Assembly (NCBI GenBank): GCA_022793315.1
Contig: JAAWCO010000084.1
Span: 3,364 to 67,363, forward strand
Reading direction: 5' to 3'
DNA length: 64,000 nt
Origin: Clostridiales bacterium
Lineage (GTDB): Bacteria; Bacillota; Clostridia; Oscillospirales; Acutalibacteraceae
Shown here: one piece after another, positions 35,581 through 45,181 of the stretch
Layout: each line of letters starts with the position of its first letter
Position numbering within the stretch: position 1 is the first letter of the stretch
Made by a program: the position numbers and the translations under genes
The notes under the pieces: model-generated
The model's input: the letters and a program-made list of their open reading frames with translations, nothing else
The model's database searches: none
What the model was told of the DNA's origin: nothing

Positions 35581-35883
35581 ATGCCGGAGCAGGAGCTGGA
35601 CGAGCTGCGGGACGCAGTAGCGGCCTGTGCGCATCCCGACCGAATTTTTTTATTTAATGAAAAGCGCGGACTGGACGGCCGCCTTTCGTCGGTAAAGCTA
35701 TGTGTCGTGGCGCCGTGCGCTTCCCCCCGGGAGCTGGAACGCTCCCTCTACCTCCAGATCGAGTCTTCCCTTCCCTTTGATGTGCTGTGCTACCGGCCGG
35801 AGGACTGGGAGCGTCTGTGCGCGGACGGGGACAGCTTTGCCGCCCGTATCTGCCGGTCGGGGAGGCTGCTGTATGAGAAATAG
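35581..35883 (+). CDS. minimal nucleotidyltransferase (MNT)-like protein, putative antitoxin partner of HEPN
   Basis: ATG 35581 follows AAGGAG. 100 aa. IFLFNEKRGLDGRLSSVKLCVVAP sits where the GS..RG....D.D NTase motif is expected. Overlaps the HEPN gene by 11 nt. Confidence 0.6.
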   Translation: MPEQELDELRDAVAACAHPDRIFLFNEKRGLDGRLSSVKLCVVAPCASPRELERSLYLQIESSLPFDVLCYRPEDWERLCADGDSFAARICRSGRLLYEK

Positions 35884-36301
35884 CCGCCATTCGGAGGACA
35901 GCCGCCTGTATTTCGACTGGCTGGAAATCGCCGCCTCGGATCTGCTGGCGGCCCGGCTGCTGACCGGGAAAAAGCAGTGCCTGGAAATCGCCGGCTTTCA
36001 CTGCCAGCAATGCATGGAAAAGGCCTTTAAGGCCTATCTGATGTTTACCGGCTCAGGACTGGTGGACGGGCACAACCTGACCTGGCTGTGCCGCCAGGCG
36101 ATACGGCGCGACGACGGTTTTTCCTCATTTATGGATATCTGTGCCGGTATGAACCGATTATATATTGAGACCCGCTATCCCTCCGACGATGGGGAACGGC
36201 TGGAGCCGCCGGAGGCGGAACACTTCTGCCGCGCAGCGGGAGAGCTGTATGATTTTATCTGTGACCGTGTGTACCGCCACGCGGACATGGAAGCGGACTG
36301 A
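35873..36301 (+). CDS. HEPN domain protein
   Basis: ATG 35873. ASDLLAARLL...FHCQQCMEKAFKAYL...DGHNLTWL...YIETRYPSD is the classic HEPN (PF05168-like) pattern. Confidence 0.7.
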   Translation: MRNSRHSEDSRLYFDWLEIAASDLLAARLLTGKKQCLEIAGFHCQQCMEKAFKAYLMFTGSGLVDGHNLTWLCRQAIRRDDGFSSFMDICAGMNRLYIETRYPSDDGERLEPPEAEHFCRAAGELYDFICDRVYRHADMEAD

Positions 36302-36374
36302 CTTTTTGCCCGCCGTCCCCGCTCCCTGCCGATACCCGGGAGGGCGGGCATCTGTTTGAAAGGACGAGACCTTT

Positions 36375-37436
36375 ATGCTTCTTCGACACAAAACAGCGGC
36401 GCTTCTGACCGGCGCCATCCTTCTGACATCCCTTTCTTCCTGCAAAAACCCCTCGCCGGTCCCCGACCCGGGTCCGCAGAACGTCACGACCACTACCACC
36501 GAAGGGACGGCTGCCACGGAGCCCTCCGCCCCGGAGAAAGACCGCAATCCCCTCACCGGCGAAGCGGGATATACCGGTCCGGAAAACGGGCGTCCTGTCG
36601 CCATCATGATACCCAACGACAAAACCGCACGTCCTCAGGTGGGGCTGGAGCAGGCCGACCTCTATGTGGAGGCAGAAACCGAGGGGGGGATTACCCGGAT
36701 TATGGCGGTGTTCCCTGATGTGTCCCGCGTACCCGACCGACTGGCTCCCATCCGCAGCGCCCGCACCCCCTTCCTGATGCTGGCTCAGTCTCTGGATGCT
36801 CTCTATGTCCACTGGGGCGACAGCGTCGCTGCCCGTGACCGCTTTAATACCACCGGCATGGATCACATTGACGCCATGCGCGTGAACGACGGCACCTTCT
36901 GGCGGGACGCCGAGCTGAAACGCACCCGCGATACCGAACACAGCTCCATGACCGGAGGGCCGAAGCTCGCCGCCCACATCGCCAAAAAAGGGCTGCGCAG
37001 CACGACCGCCGTCCCCTCCCCCTTTTCCTTTGGGGAAAGGGAGGGAACCGGGGCCGGTCAGCGTGTCCAGGTCAATGTTTCCCCCTCCCGCCCTGTCGTG
37101 TTTGAATACGATGCGGAACAGGGCGTCTATCGAAAGTACAACGGTACACTGGATAACCGGGAATCGCACAGCACCACGGCAGGTATTCAATTGGCAGCGG
37201 CCAATGTCCTGCTGATGAAAGCGGAAAAATATCAGGAAAACGATGTGACCATCGGCTTTCGCCTGACAGCGGGCGACGCGGTGATGTGCTCACGCGGCGC
37301 CAGCCGCCCTGTTCGATGGACCCGCACCGATAACCAGCTGAGCTTTACCGAGGCAGACGGCTCCCCTCTGCTTTCAGCGGAAGGGAAAACCTATATCTGC
37401 CTGATCTCCCTGGACAGTCGCATCATTCTGGAATAA
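36375..37436 (+). CDS. DUF3048-family lipoprotein
   Basis: MLLRHKTAALLTGAILLTSLSSC is a lipobox. RPVAIMIPNDKTARPQVGLEQADLYVEAETEGGITRIMAVF is typical of DUF3048. Confidence 0.7.
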   Translation: MLLRHKTAALLTGAILLTSLSSCKNPSPVPDPGPQNVTTTTTEGTAATEPSAPEKDRNPLTGEAGYTGPENGRPVAIMIPNDKTARPQVGLEQADLYVEAETEGGITRIMAVFPDVSRVPDRLAPIRSARTPFLMLAQSLDALYVHWGDSVAARDRFNTTGMDHIDAMRVNDGTFWRDAELKRTRDTEHSSMTGGPKLAAHIAKKGLRSTTAVPSPFSFGEREGTGAGQRVQVNVSPSRPVVFEYDAEQGVYRKYNGTLDNRESHSTTAGIQLAAANVLLMKAEKYQENDVTIGFRLTAGDAVMCSRGASRPVRWTRTDNQLSFTEADGSPLLSAEGKTYICLISLDSRIILE

Positions 37437-37508
37437 CCACGGCCGTCTGTATGAGAAGGGCTCCCGGCAGAAATGCCGGGAGCCCTGATAAAAAAGACCT
37501 TCCTGTTT

Positions 37509-38375
37509 TCAGACCTCGGTCTGCCTGGTCATGAATAATACTCCAAGAGTGCCCGGGCCGCAGTGGGCAGAAATGGTGCAGCCTGCACGGGTGACGAAAA
37601 TCTCCCGAAAATCTGCCAGCTCCTCCACCAGCCTCCTGACCATGGCAATGCGCTCCTCGGAGATACCCGAATGAGTGATAAAAACCCGGTCGTTTTTCAA
37701 ATCGCCGCGCCCGGTCAGCTTATCCCTCACATATTGCTCCAGCGCCTTGTCCAGCGACCCACGGTATTTTTTCCCTACGCTCATCGTTCCATCGGCGTTG
37801 TTCACCTCAATGCAGGGCTTGAGCTGCAGGAGGTTCGCACCCAGCCGGGCAAGCGCGGAGCAGCGGCCGCCCTTATGGAGAAATTCCAGCGTGTCGATCA
37901 CAAAGCTGGCGTGACAGCGCGCGGTCAGCTCCTGCACCTCCTGCGCAATCTGTGCCGCCGGCATGCCCGCTGCGATGCGTTCTGCCGCCTCAATCACCGC
38001 CAGACCGGAGCCAGTGGACAGATTGCGGCTGTCAATGGCGTAAACACCCGTCATGCTCTCCGCTGCCATACGGCAGTTCTGATAGGCCGCGGACAGCCCT
38101 GACCCCAGTGTCAGGTGGATGACCTCATATCCCTGGCTGGTCCACTGGCTGAAATATTCGGTATACTCGGCGGCGTTGATGGCGGCGGTTTTGGGCAGAA
38201 TTTTTCTTTCCCGGTACACCTCATAAATACGGTCGGGCGTCAGATCCACTCCATCGCCATACTGCCGGCCATCCAGAATCACATGGAACGGGTAATACTG
38301 CACATCGTAGCGCGCCCGCAGCTCGTCGCCCAGATCACAGGTACTGTCGGCGCTCAAAATGATACGGCTGCTCAA
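37509..38375 (-). CDS. DegV family fatty-acid-binding protein
   Basis: ILSADSTCDLGDEL N-terminus, 288 aa, DegV-like layout. Confidence 0.8.
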   Translation of the reverse strand: MSSRIILSADSTCDLGDELRARYDVQYYPFHVILDGRQYGDGVDLTPDRIYEVYRERKILPKTAAINAAEYTEYFSQWTSQGYEVIHLTLGSGLSAAYQNCRMAAESMTGVYAIDSRNLSTGSGLAVIEAAERIAAGMPAAQIAQEVQELTARCHASFVIDTLEFLHKGGRCSALARLGANLLQLKPCIEVNNADGTMSVGKKYRGSLDKALEQYVRDKLTGRGDLKNDRVFITHSGISEERIAMVRRLVEELADFREIFVTRAGCTISAHCGPGTLGVLFMTRQTEV

Positions 38376-38902
38376 AGCTCTTCCCCCTTTTCTTGTCGAT
38401 GGTACCCCTGATGAAAATCCCCGTCCTTGGCTTTGTCAGGGGATGATTATATGTTAGGATAGCACAGGCCGCCGTCTTTTTCAACAGCGAATCGGCGGCC
38501 GGAGTCCGGCGGAAACCCTGTCAGACCCGCCGGCAAAAACGGACAGTCTGTTCCTCCATGGATATTTTCTCTGCCCGGCAGCCGCATTCGATCCATTCCT
38601 TTTTGTCTTTCAGGAAAGAGCGAGCAAAGGGCGGCGTACTGGCTCATGTCTCCCTCCCATTCCCTGATCAATCGTTTAATTGGCAGCGCTTACCCTGCAG
38701 GGCGTTTCAGGACAAAAGGGGGGCTTATCCCCTGACGCTGCTGCGATATTTCGGCAGACGAAGACTTCGTAAAAAAGCCTCCGGTCCCTTCTGAGAGACC
38801 TTTGGCTTTCCTCGTCTCATGGCCCGAGCTCGTGGGGAGAGCCGGGTCATGCCTCATCCTTCCCCAGCTCCTGCCTGAGCGGGAGAAAGGAGGCTCCATT
38901 CC

Positions 38903-40813
38903 ATGAAGGATGGTTTTCTTCGCGTGGCGGCGGCAACGCCCCATATCCGGGTTGCCGACTGCGAATACAATGCCACCCAGGTCCGGCAGCTGGTACAGGA
39001 GGCGCCGGCGGATACCACCCTGCTGGTGTTCCCGGAGCTGTGCCTGACCGGCTATACCTGTGGTGATCTCTTTTTCCAGCCCGCTCTGCTGAAGGGCGCA
39101 GAGCAGGCGCTTCAGCAGCTGCTGGCCGCCACGGTAGGCGTGGATGCCGTGCTGGTGATCGGCCTGCCGGTGGCTGCGCCGGCTGCCACCGGTACAGGCA
39201 AGCTGTACAACTGTGCCGCGGTATGCCAGCGCGGCGTCCTTCTGGGGCTTGTCCCCAAAACCCTCATCCCCAATTACGCCGAGTTTTACGAAGGACGGTA
39301 TTTCTCCCCTGCACCGGAGAGGACGGAAACGATTCCCTTTGCCGGGCAGGAAGCACCGATGGGCGCCGGGCTGCTGTTTTCCTGCCGGACCCTCCCCGAT
39401 TTTGTGCTGGGGGTGGAAATCTGTGAGGACCTGTGGGGGCTGGATCAGCCCTCCCGCCGGCTGGCGGAGGCGGGAGCCACCGTTGTCGCCAATCTCTCTG
39501 CCAGCGATGAGAGCATCGGCAAGGGTGAATACCGGCGGCAGCTGGTTTCCACCCAGTCGGCGCGCCTGCTCTGCGGCTATGTGTACGCCGACGCAGGGGC
39601 AGGGGAATCCTCCACCGACCTGGTTTTTTCAGGGCACAACCTCATTGCAGAGAACGGCGTTGTACTGGCGGAAAGCGACCGCTTCACCACCGGCCTGACC
39701 GCCGTCACCGAGCTGGATCTCTCCCGGCTGGTCTATGACCGGCGGCGGATCAATACCTTCCGTGGCGCTCCACCCCCACAGACGGTCTCCTTCGATCTGC
39801 CGCTTCATGAGCTGACGCTTACCCGCCCGATGTCCCCTCTCCCCTTTGTCCCGGCGGATACCGCCGCCCAGGCGCGGCGATGTGAGGAGGTGCTGACCAT
39901 CCAGGCGGCCGGGCTGGAGCAGCGGCTGCGATGCACCGGCAGCCGCGCTGTGATTGGACTGTCAGGCGGGCTGGATTCCGCGCTCGCCCTGCTGGCGACA
40001 GTGCGGGCCTATAACCGCATGGCGCTGCCCCTGGCGGAAATTCAGGCGGTGACCATGCCCTGCTTTGGCACCACCGGCCGAACCCTGAACAACGCCCGCG
40101 CACTGGCGGCTGCCTGCGGCGTGTCTCTGACCGAGATCGTCATCGGAGACAGCGTGACCCGGCATCTGGCCGATATCGGCCACAGCGGTGCACCGGATGT
40201 CACCTATGAAAATGCACAGGCGCGGGAGCGCACCCAGGTGCTGATGGATATGGCCAACCAGTCGGGGGCGCTGGTGGTGGGAACCGGCGACCTGTCGGAG
40301 CTGGCGCTGGGCTGGGCCACCTATAACGGCGACCACATGTCCATGTATGGGGTAAACGCTGCGGTGCCCAAAACCCTGGTGCGGCATCTGGTGAAATATG
40401 AGGCGGAACGCTGCGGCGGGGCGCTGGCCGCCGCCCTGAACGATATCCTCGACACACCGGTGAGTCCGGAGCTGCTGCCGCCGGAAAACGGTGTCATCTC
40501 CCAGAAAACCGAGCAGCTGGTTGGCCCGTACGAGCTGCATGACTTCTTCCTGTATCACATGCTGCGTTTCGGCGCAGGGCCGTCCCGTCTGTACCGTCTG
40601 GCCAGACACGCCTTTGCCGGAAAATTTCCGCCGGAAGAGATCAAAGGATGGCTGCTGACCTTTCTCCGCCGTTTTTTCACCCAACAGTTTAAGCGCTCCT
40701 GTCTCCCTGACGGCCCCCGCGTGGGCAGCGTGTCCCTGTCGCCGCGTGGCGACTGGCGCATGCCCTCCGACGCAAGCGCCGCATTGTGGCTGGCTGAAGC
40801 GGAGGCTTTATAG
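38903..40813 (+). CDS. nadE: glutamine-dependent NAD+ synthetase
   Basis: 636 aa. N-terminal nitrilase-like domain (FPELCLTGYTCGDLF, EICEDLW). The C-terminal synthetase has the GLSGGLDS P-loop. Confidence 0.9.
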   Translation: MKDGFLRVAAATPHIRVADCEYNATQVRQLVQEAPADTTLLVFPELCLTGYTCGDLFFQPALLKGAEQALQQLLAATVGVDAVLVIGLPVAAPAATGTGKLYNCAAVCQRGVLLGLVPKTLIPNYAEFYEGRYFSPAPERTETIPFAGQEAPMGAGLLFSCRTLPDFVLGVEICEDLWGLDQPSRRLAEAGATVVANLSASDESIGKGEYRRQLVSTQSARLLCGYVYADAGAGESSTDLVFSGHNLIAENGVVLAESDRFTTGLTAVTELDLSRLVYDRRRINTFRGAPPPQTVSFDLPLHELTLTRPMSPLPFVPADTAAQARRCEEVLTIQAAGLEQRLRCTGSRAVIGLSGGLDSALALLATVRAYNRMALPLAEIQAVTMPCFGTTGRTLNNARALAAACGVSLTEIVIGDSVTRHLADIGHSGAPDVTYENAQARERTQVLMDMANQSGALVVGTGDLSELALGWATYNGDHMSMYGVNAAVPKTLVRHLVKYEAERCGGALAAALNDILDTPVSPELLPPENGVISQKTEQLVGPYELHDFFLYHMLRFGAGPSRLYRLARHAFAGKFPPEEIKGWLLTFLRRFFTQQFKRSCLPDGPRVGSVSLSPRGDWRMPSDASAALWLAEAEAL

Positions 40814-40867
40814 GCACATGTCTCTGCGTTCACCTGCCGCCTGAAAAACGATGAATATGGGGCCAAA

Positions 40868-40920
40868 ACGCCCCTCCCTCTTCTCTGGGCTACAGCCCGG
40901 ACAGAGGGAGGGGCGTCTGT
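40868..40920 (+). terminator. terminator after nadE
   Basis: ACGCCCCTCCCTCT / AGAGGGAGGGGCGT 14-bp stem (21-nt loop) followed by CTGTTTCTG. Confidence 0.6.
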
Positions 40921-41033
40921 TTCTGACTGACGGGGATTCCCCTGATCCCATCGGCGGCAGAGCAGGCCTGCTACCGATGATCAAAAGAGCGGTTTGCCGC
41001 CTTTCCGCCGCCTGTGGCAGGCATCGGGGAAGC

Positions 41034-42638
41034 TCAGCGCCCCTTTTTGTTTTCCACCGCCGCGCCGATCAGGCCGGCAAACAGCGGATGGGGGCGGTTG
41101 GGCCGGGATTTGAATTCGGGGTGGAACTGGCAGGCGACAAACCAGGGATGCTCCGGAAGCTCCACCATCTCCACAATATGCTTATCGGGCGAGATACCGG
41201 CCAGCAGCAGACCGGCGTGCTCCAGTTCGTCGCGGAAATCGTTATTGAACTCATAGCGGTGGCGGTGGCGCTCATAAATCAGCTCCTCACCGTAAAGCTG
41301 ATAGGCCTTTGACCGGATATCCAGCATACAGGGATAACGGCCCAGCCTCATGGTGCCGCCCAGCTGATCCACCGCCCGCTGGTCTGACATCAGATCAATC
41401 ACGGGATGCGCCGTGGAGGAATCAATTTCCGATGAATGAGCGTCCGCATAGCCCAGCACATGGCGGGCAAATTCGATCACCGCCACCTGCATACCCAGGC
41501 AGATGCCCAGATAGGGGATTTGATTTTCGCGGGCATAGCGGGCGGCCTCGATCTTGCCGTCCACCCCCCGGGTCCCAAAGCCGCCGGGCACCAATATTCC
41601 GTTAACGCCGTCCAGCAGCGGGCCAGCAGTGGCGGGAGTGATGTCCTCCGCGTCGATCCAGCGGATCTCCACCTCTGCCCCGGAGGGAATGCCGCCGTGC
41701 TTGAGCGCCTCGGCGACGCTGAGATAGGCGTCGTGAAGCTCCACATACTTGCCGACCAGCGCAATGGTCACACAGATCGACGGATGGCGCAGACGCTCCA
41801 CCATCTCGGTCCAGGCCGTCAGGTCGGGGACACGGCCCTCCAGGTCAAATTCCCGGCAGACGATATCCGCCAGCCCCTGCTCCTCCAGCGCCAGCGGGGC
41901 CTCGTACAGAAGAGGAACGTCGCAGTTCTCAATCACACAGTCCCGTTTCACATTGCAGAACAGGGCAATTTTTTCCTTCAGCTCGCGGCTGAGGGGCTGT
42001 TCCGCCCGGCAAACGATGATGTCCGGCTGAATCCCCAGGGACAGCAGTTCCTTGACCGAATGCTGGGTGGGCTTGGTCTTCATCTCCTGGGACGCGGCAA
42101 TATAGGGAACCAGCGTCACATGCAAAAACAGACAGTTGCGGCGGCCGTTTTCAATCGCAAACTGCCGGATCGCTTCCAGAAACGGCAGCCCCTCAATGTC
42201 GCCCACTGTGCCGCCGATTTCCACAATATGGACATCGTACTTGTCTGCGTCCAGCGCGATGCGGCGCTTGATTTCATCGGTGATGTGCGGAATCACCTGT
42301 ACGGTGCCTCCGTTATAATCCCCCTGACGTTCCTTTTGCAGCACATTCCAGTACACCTTTCCCGATGTAACTGAGCTGTTCTGGCTGAGGCTGACATCAA
42401 TAAAGCGCTCATAATGGCCCAGGTCCAGATCGGTCTCCGCGCCGTCCTCCGTCACAAATACCTCGCCATGCTGGATCGGATTCATCGTACCCGGATCCAC
42501 ATTCAGGTACGGGTCCAGCTTTTTAACCGAGACGGTCAGCCCCCGACTTTTGAGAAGACGGCCAAGGGAAGCCGCTGTGATCCCCTTCCCCAGCCCCGAT
42601 ACCACGCCGCCGGTGACAAACACATATTTCGCAGCCAT
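41034..42638 (-). CDS. pyrG: CTP synthase
   Basis: [31 protein letters not shown]-terminus. GICLGMQ glutaminase motif. 534 aa. Confidence 0.95.
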   Translation of the reverse strand: MAAKYVFVTGGVVSGLGKGITAASLGRLLKSRGLTVSVKKLDPYLNVDPGTMNPIQHGEVFVTEDGAETDLDLGHYERFIDVSLSQNSSVTSGKVYWNVLQKERQGDYNGGTVQVIPHITDEIKRRIALDADKYDVHIVEIGGTVGDIEGLPFLEAIRQFAIENGRRNCLFLHVTLVPYIAASQEMKTKPTQHSVKELLSLGIQPDIIVCRAEQPLSRELKEKIALFCNVKRDCVIENCDVPLLYEAPLALEEQGLADIVCREFDLEGRVPDLTAWTEMVERLRHPSICVTIALVGKYVELHDAYLSVAEALKHGGIPSGAEVEIRWIDAEDITPATAGPLLDGVNGILVPGGFGTRGVDGKIEAARYARENQIPYLGICLGMQVAVIEFARHVLGYADAHSSEIDSSTAHPVIDLMSDQRAVDQLGGTMRLGRYPCMLDIRSKAYQLYGEELIYERHRHRYEFNNDFRDELEHAGLLLAGISPDKHIVEMVELPEHPWFVACQFHPEFKSRPNRPHPLFAGLIGAAVENKKGR

Positions 42639-42674
42639 CGTTTACCCTCCTATACATCCTGGGACATTGGCAGC

Positions 42675-43445
42675 TCATCGGCGCACGGGAATCCCCCGCT
42701 GCGCCAGAAACTCCTTCAGCTCGCCAATGTCAATCTCATGATAATGGAACAGGGACGCCGCCAGCACCGCGTCGGCCCGCCCCTGTGTAAAGGCGTCGGC
42801 AAAATGCGCCATGGTCCCCGCGCCGCCCGATGCGATGACCGGGATACCCGCGCCGCCGGAAACCGCGGCGGTCAGCGCCAGATCGTAGCCCTGTTTGGTT
42901 CCGTCACAGTCCATGCTGGTCAGCAGCAGCTCCCCCGCGCCCAAAGCCTCGGCGCGTGCCGCCCATTCCAGCGCATCCAGCCCTGTATTGAGGCGGCCGC
43001 CGTGCTTGTACACATCCCAACCGGAGCCATCGGCACGGCGGCGGGCATCAATGGCCACCACCACGCATTGGCTGCCGAAGCGTTCCGCCGCCTCGGCAAT
43101 CAGCTCCGGCCGGTCGATGGCCGCCGAATTGACCGCCACCTTATCCGCGCCCTGCCGCAGAATCGCGCGGAAATCCTCCACACAGCGGATACCCCCGCCC
43201 ACCGTGAAGGGGATGGACAGCTGCTCCGCCACCCTCCCGGCCAGCGCCGCCGCTGTGGCGCGCCCTTCATGGGAGGCGTTGATATCAAGGAAAACCAGCT
43301 CGTCGGCGCCGGAGGATGAATAGGCGGCAGCGGTCTCCACCGGATCACCCGCATCCCGCAGACCGAGAAAGTTAACCCCCTTGACCACCCGGCCGTCCTT
43401 GATATCCAGGCAGGGGATAATGCGCTTTGCGTACAGGGAAACCAC
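42675..43445 (-). CDS. hisF: imidazole glycerol phosphate synthase cyclase subunit
   Basis: [21 protein letters not shown] near the N-terminus. A GTG start at 43445 is chosen because the upstream part of the ORF is non-protein-like. Confidence 0.85.
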   Translation of the reverse strand: MVSLYAKRIIPCLDIKDGRVVKGVNFLGLRDAGDPVETAAAYSSSGADELVFLDINASHEGRATAAALAGRVAEQLSIPFTVGGGIRCVEDFRAILRQGADKVAVNSAAIDRPELIAEAAERFGSQCVVVAIDARRRADGSGWDVYKHGGRLNTGLDALEWAARAEALGAGELLLTSMDCDGTKQGYDLALTAAVSGGAGIPVIASGGAGTMAHFADAFTQGRADAVLAASLFHYHEIDIGELKEFLAQRGIPVRR

Positions 43446-43479
43446 CGCCTTTTGCAGAATGAAATGGAAAAAATCCGTT

Positions 43480-44085
43480 CTATTGGGCCATCGCCGCAAA
43501 ATTCCGCAGCAGCCGCTGGCCGTCCGCACCCGATTTTTCCGGGTGAAACTGTACCCCCATCACGGCGCCGCGCTGCACCATGGAGTGAAAGGGGACGCCG
43601 TATTCCGTCACGGCGAGCACATCCTCCTGTGCAGCCTCACAGGCATAGGAGTGGACAAAATAGGCATAGGGCTCCGTCGGAAGTCCCTCAAGCAGAGGGC
43701 TGTCCTTCCGGGGCTCCAGACTGTTCCAGCCCATATGGGGGACTTTCAGGCCGCAGTCGGGCAGACGGCGGACCCGGCCAGGGATCAGGCCCAGCCCCTC
43801 AATCCCCCTGCCCTCCTCGCTGCCGTCAAAAAGCGCCTGCATCCCCAGACAAATGCCCAAAAAGGGGCGGCCCGACCCCGCAAAGGCGCGAATGGCGGGA
43901 ATCAGGCCGCTGTGCGCCATAGCCTCCATCGCACCGGCAAAAGCGCCCACACCAGGAAGCACCGCCCCCTGAGCGGCGGCAATTACAGCGGGGTCGCCGG
44001 TGATCCTGGCCGGTATGCCAAGCCGGGCAAACGCGAGCTCCACACTGCGCAGATTGCCCGCCTGATAATCAATAATGGCGATCAC
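43480..44085 (-). CDS. hisH: imidazole glycerol phosphate synthase glutaminase subunit
   Basis: [26 protein letters not shown] and VQFHPEKS. Confidence 0.9.
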   Translation of the reverse strand: MIAIIDYQAGNLRSVELAFARLGIPARITGDPAVIAAAQGAVLPGVGAFAGAMEAMAHSGLIPAIRAFAGSGRPFLGICLGMQALFDGSEEGRGIEGLGLIPGRVRRLPDCGLKVPHMGWNSLEPRKDSPLLEGLPTEPYAYFVHSYACEAAQEDVLAVTEYGVPFHSMVQRGAVMGVQFHPEKSGADGQRLLRNFAAMAQ

Positions 44086-44116
44086 GGCGTCTCCCCCTTC
44101 TGTCAGCTTTCAAGCA

Positions 44117-44144
44117 AAACGGCGCGGCAGGAACCGCGCCTTTT
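44117..44144 (-). terminator. hairpin between 44237..45181 and hisH
   Basis: GGCGCGG-CAGGAA-CCGCGCC flanked by A/T runs. Confidence 0.45.
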
Positions 44145-44236
44145 CTATTCTATCATACCATCCGCAGGCAGGCGGGTCAAGAGCCGCCGCCAATTTTTCG
44201 GCAATTTCCGCCGTTTCTCCGGAGGACCGGCCACGG

Positions 44237-45181
44237 CTATGAGGCCCGCTTCCGTTTCCTCCACACAGCGCGTACTGCCGCCGCTGCGCCGATCACAATC
44301 AGCAGGGCTCCCGCTGCACACAGCAGGGAAGCCATCAGCGGGTCGCTCCAGAAGGAAGGGCGCTCCGGAATGACCGTGTAGGATGAGGAGGCAGAAAACC
44401 GCCAGGGTATGGGCATGGCCAGCAGCGCCGCGTCTCCCTCAAAGGTAAAGTCGCACTGAAGCGTGACCGTATATTCCCGAACCTCCCCGGGCTGCATGTT
44501 GGGGATCTCTATTTTCAGACCGTCTTCATCCGCGATATGGCTGTAAGCGCCGTCGTAAAGGATTCTCTCAGCGGGCGGTTCGGCCGGGGGAACTTCATCC
44601 GCCGCGGCAACCGTCGGCTCAGGGGATACCGCGTCCCCTGCCGCATCGGCGGGCGCGGGCTCCGCCGGGTCGGCCGAAGCGGAAGTCCCTTCTCCCGAAG
44701 AATCTCCGCCAGCCGTCTCCTCCCCGGTGATCCCGCTGCCGGGTTCCTCTTCGGTGGAGTTTCCTTCGGCGGGAACGCTGCTCTCCGTCTCTTCCGTAGC
44801 GGCCGCGGTGGAAAGAAGGGCGGCGATATCCTCCGCCGAAGCGGTCGCCCGTTCCCGCTCCGCCACGGTGATGCGCACATGACCGAGATAGGCCAGCAGC
44901 TCGTCATTGCCGTAGGGCAGGGCGATTTCCGTGAGAGACATCGAAGCGGTCCTCTCACCGTGATTGACCAGCCGCAGAATGCCGCCGGTCCGCCGCTGCC
45001 CCGCAGGAAGCTGCGGGTATTCCCAAAAGGCCGGTTCCTCCGGAACGGTCTGTGTCATTCCCACCTCCCCTTCGGTTATCAGAACAAAGGCACGCTGATC
45101 GTTGGGCTGGGCGGCGGCATGACCGCCCAGCAGGCAAAACAGGGAAAGAAGTGCCGCCAGACGAACCGCTGCTTTTCTCAC
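44237..45181 (-). CDS. secreted, C-terminally membrane-anchored protein with an acidic low-complexity insert (hypothetical)
   Basis: GTG start overlaps the stop of 45178..46413 (GTGA). It has a signal peptide, a central E/S/T/A/P-rich region, and a C-terminal TM plus RKRKRAS. Confidence 0.6.
   Translation of the reverse strand: MRKAAVRLAALLSLFCLLGGHAAAQPNDQRAFVLITEGEVGMTQTVPEEPAFWEYPQLPAGQRRTGGILRLVNHGERTASMSLTEIALPYGNDELLAYLGHVRITVAERERATASAEDIAALLSTAAATEETESSVPAEGNSTEEEPGSGITGEETAGGDSSGEGTSASADPAEPAPADAAGDAVSPEPTVAAADEVPPAEPPAERILYDGAYSHIADEDGLKIEIPNMQPGEVREYTVTLQCDFTFEGDAALLAMPIPWRFSASSSYTVIPERPSFWSDPLMASLLCAAGALLIVIGAAAAVRAVWRKRKRAS

Noticed and set aside
37457-37485. GGGCTCCCGGC-AGAAAT-GCCGGGAGCCC hairpin between the DUF3048 gene and degV, as a possible terminator.
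   Set aside because: The stem is good, but there is no U-tract after it on either strand (the A-run follows it on the plus strand). It is left uncalled.
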